Part shown: in pieces, positions 61,083-64,000 of the stretch | Position numbering within the stretch: position 1 is the stretch's first letter | Layout of the letters: every line of letters begins with the position of its first letter | Source: Tubiluchus corallicola | Lineage: Eukaryota; Animalia; Priapulida | Assembly: GCA_030141605.1 (NCBI GenBank) | Contig: JAQGDQ010000182.1 | Span: 124,001 to 188,000, forward strand | DNA length: 64,000 nucleotides | Direction of reading: 5' to 3' | The notes under the pieces: generated by a model | What the model was told of the DNA's origin: nothing | The model's database searches: none | Seen by the model: only the letters and a program-made list of their open reading frames with translations | Made by a program: the position numbers and the translations under genes

Positions 61083-64000
61083 ATTTGTAAATTAGGTCAC
61101 AACAGAAAATAATGATTGTTTATAATACAACAAATGATCTGTGATATCACAAAAATCTAAGTTTTGTGATTTTTGTGTCATTACGTTACGATGGTGTGTC
61201 GTCAAAGCAGCAAAATGCTAGTGGGTAGATCACGGCGTATCCTGCCACTGAACAATCCTGAGGCCTTATCAGTGGATAAATAGATGACCACCTGGGCTCA
61301 GTACATGTCCTGTTTCATTCACCATGCTGATTCTGGCGATGTGGAGAAAAGATGCATTCACATCAGAATGTGATATAAGATACTGTGATCTTAGAGGATT
61401 AGCTTTTATAATAAGCTAGCTTCCAGTCCTACTACAAGCATCAACATTAAGTAAGCCCCGCTAGTTTGAACACTGGATTCCAGTTTTGTGCCAAATTGCT
61501 TGAAAAGACTGGAAGCACTAATATGTTTGGATCCGGCACAGAGATACTGTTTACAGTTTTCTATCAATTGTCGAACGTAATTTCTGGAGTGATTGCGAAA
61601 ATTTCACTGATTGGGATTTGATCCGTGAATTGAGAATCAAGTGCCTTATCCATTAAGCCATGAAGTCCCAATGTTTTATTATACTACTTGACATGTACCA
61701 TTTCTGCATATAGGCCTAGAGACCACATGTCGTGCAGTTCGTGCCGGATCTAAAAAAAAGTACAAAAGACGTGTTACAACAAAACAAATCATGGCGTAGT
61801 TCATGAATGTATTTATTAACTGGACTGAGATGACTGAATGCACAAATGATATATGTCTGACAGCATGTGCCTGTTTGCACTTAAAAATGAGTGGTCGCGC
61901 TGCGCGAGCACAATACAAATCTACAAGAAAATTAACGTAATAGTTTTGTTATTATATAAATTACTGTTATTCTTTTTACCACTAAATCTCTTTTTGCTGG
62001 AGTACTTGCATAGAATTTATTTCAGATGACATTATTTTTGTATTATAGATATAATAATTATTTTTGTTTTCAGTTATCGCTGGATTTTTTTGTTATACAC
62101 TTATGAATTTGTTACGTGTGACTGTTATTATTGTATTACATTTGTTAAGTACGTGTTAAGTGACATCCAATTGTCTCTTAATATTCTATTTCCTTTTTTA
62201 ATATTCATTGCCATGAAAGGCATCAATCGTTAATTCGTGTTTCTACTAATAGAAATGGTACAGTGCCACTAGAAGACTGATCACAACTTATTTCAGGGCA
62301 ACTTTGTCTTTCGTCATCATTTTTCAGAATATTTTTACATTGTTATTGTAGTTCTGTGCCATACGTTTTGTAATGCGGGGTAAGATAAAAAAGTTTATTA
62401 TGTGTTACGTCATGTAGCCCTGTGCTGTACTTTATTATGATGTGCTGTGCTCTGCTGTATTGTGTCGTGTTGTGTTGTGTTATTTTAAAAATCTGCTGAA
62501 CCTTCAAGCTAGCTAACTAAATAAAGTCCAGTGCATTGTTTGCATGTAACATGATTTACTTCCTTATTTATTGGCATTAAATCAATAATCTGTAAACTCG
62601 AAAAACTTGTGTGTCTGCTTTGTAACCTGGGCTATTTTGTGATATTTTTGCTTGTCCACTGCTCTGTAATTCGGTATCTTACTCTTCTTCCATCTGTACA
62701 TAATGAGTTCTGCAAAATCACCCCCACTAAAACAACTAAATAGCATATAAAACACAATTGTGAACATGAAACTTTCATTTTTTTGAATACAGCTCTTAAA
62801 AATTCATGACGCTCACTAATTGGAACTCGTCAAATGTTTACACTGTACCACACACGTCTTCGAGCGTTACATCATCCATTTTCAGAAATTCATCAATACT
62901 CCATAGAAGCCGCTTCTTTATTTCAATACCACATCGATTTTGTAGCAGCACATTTGAAGGCATAATGATGTATCAGTTTCTTTAGACTTTAGCATCTAGT
63001 AAATGTATTTGCACTAATATGAATGTCAAGCTTACTAAATCACTTCCTCTAAAATTTACTAGTAAATAACTAGGTAATCTCTGTTTTCTTACCTCATACT
63101 GTCTGCTGTAGTAGGCTAATTAACCACTGGATTATTTATTAATAGTTCTTTACATTGTTTTTGCAGGCTATACAGTAATATCAAATGTCTATAAATTTTG
63201 TAATATTTCATGTATTGTTATTATAGGGCAATATAATATTACAAAAAAGATAAATATTCATGGTAACATGACCTATGGTTTGTTTTTTATTAATGCCACC
63301 ATTTATTTATTATGTCGGTCGTTTTTATACCATGTTTTTAATATAATAATATTTATATCATGTAAATGTTATTGAGTTCTAACAATTTTAAGCGAAATAA
63401 CACGTTTAGTGCGCAACAGCCTAGCAGTAATCTTAATAAGTCGCTAAATTACTCGTATGTGTCCAGGGCCGTGTTAAGCGAGATGTACGCAGGGCAAAGC
63501 CAATACTGGACTAGTACTACTGCTTTCAAATTAAGTACTTTTGTGTAAACAGCGGTGAACTATATGATTTATGCTCGGGTCTATAGCTAGTACAAGTAAC
63601 AGGACAGAATAAAAAATGGAAAGTACAAGGATTTGTCAAACTAGTAAAATCCTGACAAGCAATTTTATTCAAAATATGTGTAAAACAATAAAGTATTGTA
63701 ATAGGAGGCAACATATACAATACTGAATAGGCCTATATTTATAAGTTATTCTATACAGGACTTCAGTTTACTAGGGAAAGTAGGCCCATACAATCCAGCC
63801 CACCTGCTCTATCTCTGTTCTGACATGTATTATCTGTGCACGAAAAACTAAAATGGCATTGAATTTTGTTATTTCACGCAAATTTAATGCAGAGCAGTTT
63901 CTTCACTACACTGTTGTTGGTGGTGGTGATGGTAGTGATGTCATTTTCATCATATTCATTGTTGTCATCAGCATTTTCATTTTTGTCTGGTGGGGTGTCG

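Overview
AT-rich, intron-rich metazoan (invertebrate-type) genomic DNA; no prokaryotic features. Three spliced genes could be rebuilt by hand with phase-consistent exons. (1) A GABA-B-family class C GPCR on + (16 exons, 3129-27381, 718 aa in the window; the 5' exons are not found here). Its Venus-flytrap domain is GABA-B1-like but has altered agonist-contact residues, its 7TM and loops are GABA-B2-like, and it has one GC-AG intron. (2) An uncharacterised ~990-aa protein on - (14 exons, 43227-29870) with a Pro-rich/acidic N-terminus, a ~270-aa Ser/Arg/Lys 14-aa tandem-repeat domain, coiled coils and a C-terminal EF-hand-like domain. (3) An SLC2A/GLUT-family sugar porter on + (8 exons, 49592-61082, ~544 aa) with a greatly enlarged first extracellular loop and non-canonical substrate-site residues. 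Genes 2 and 3 are head-to-head around a small ETS-motif promoter near 45.25-45.30 kb; genes 1 and 2 are tail-to-tail. Introns hold microsatellites, degenerate LINE fragments, tRNA-derived SINE-like heads and MITE-like inverted-repeat elements. Reference-protein comparisons and residue numbers are from memory; no database searches were run.
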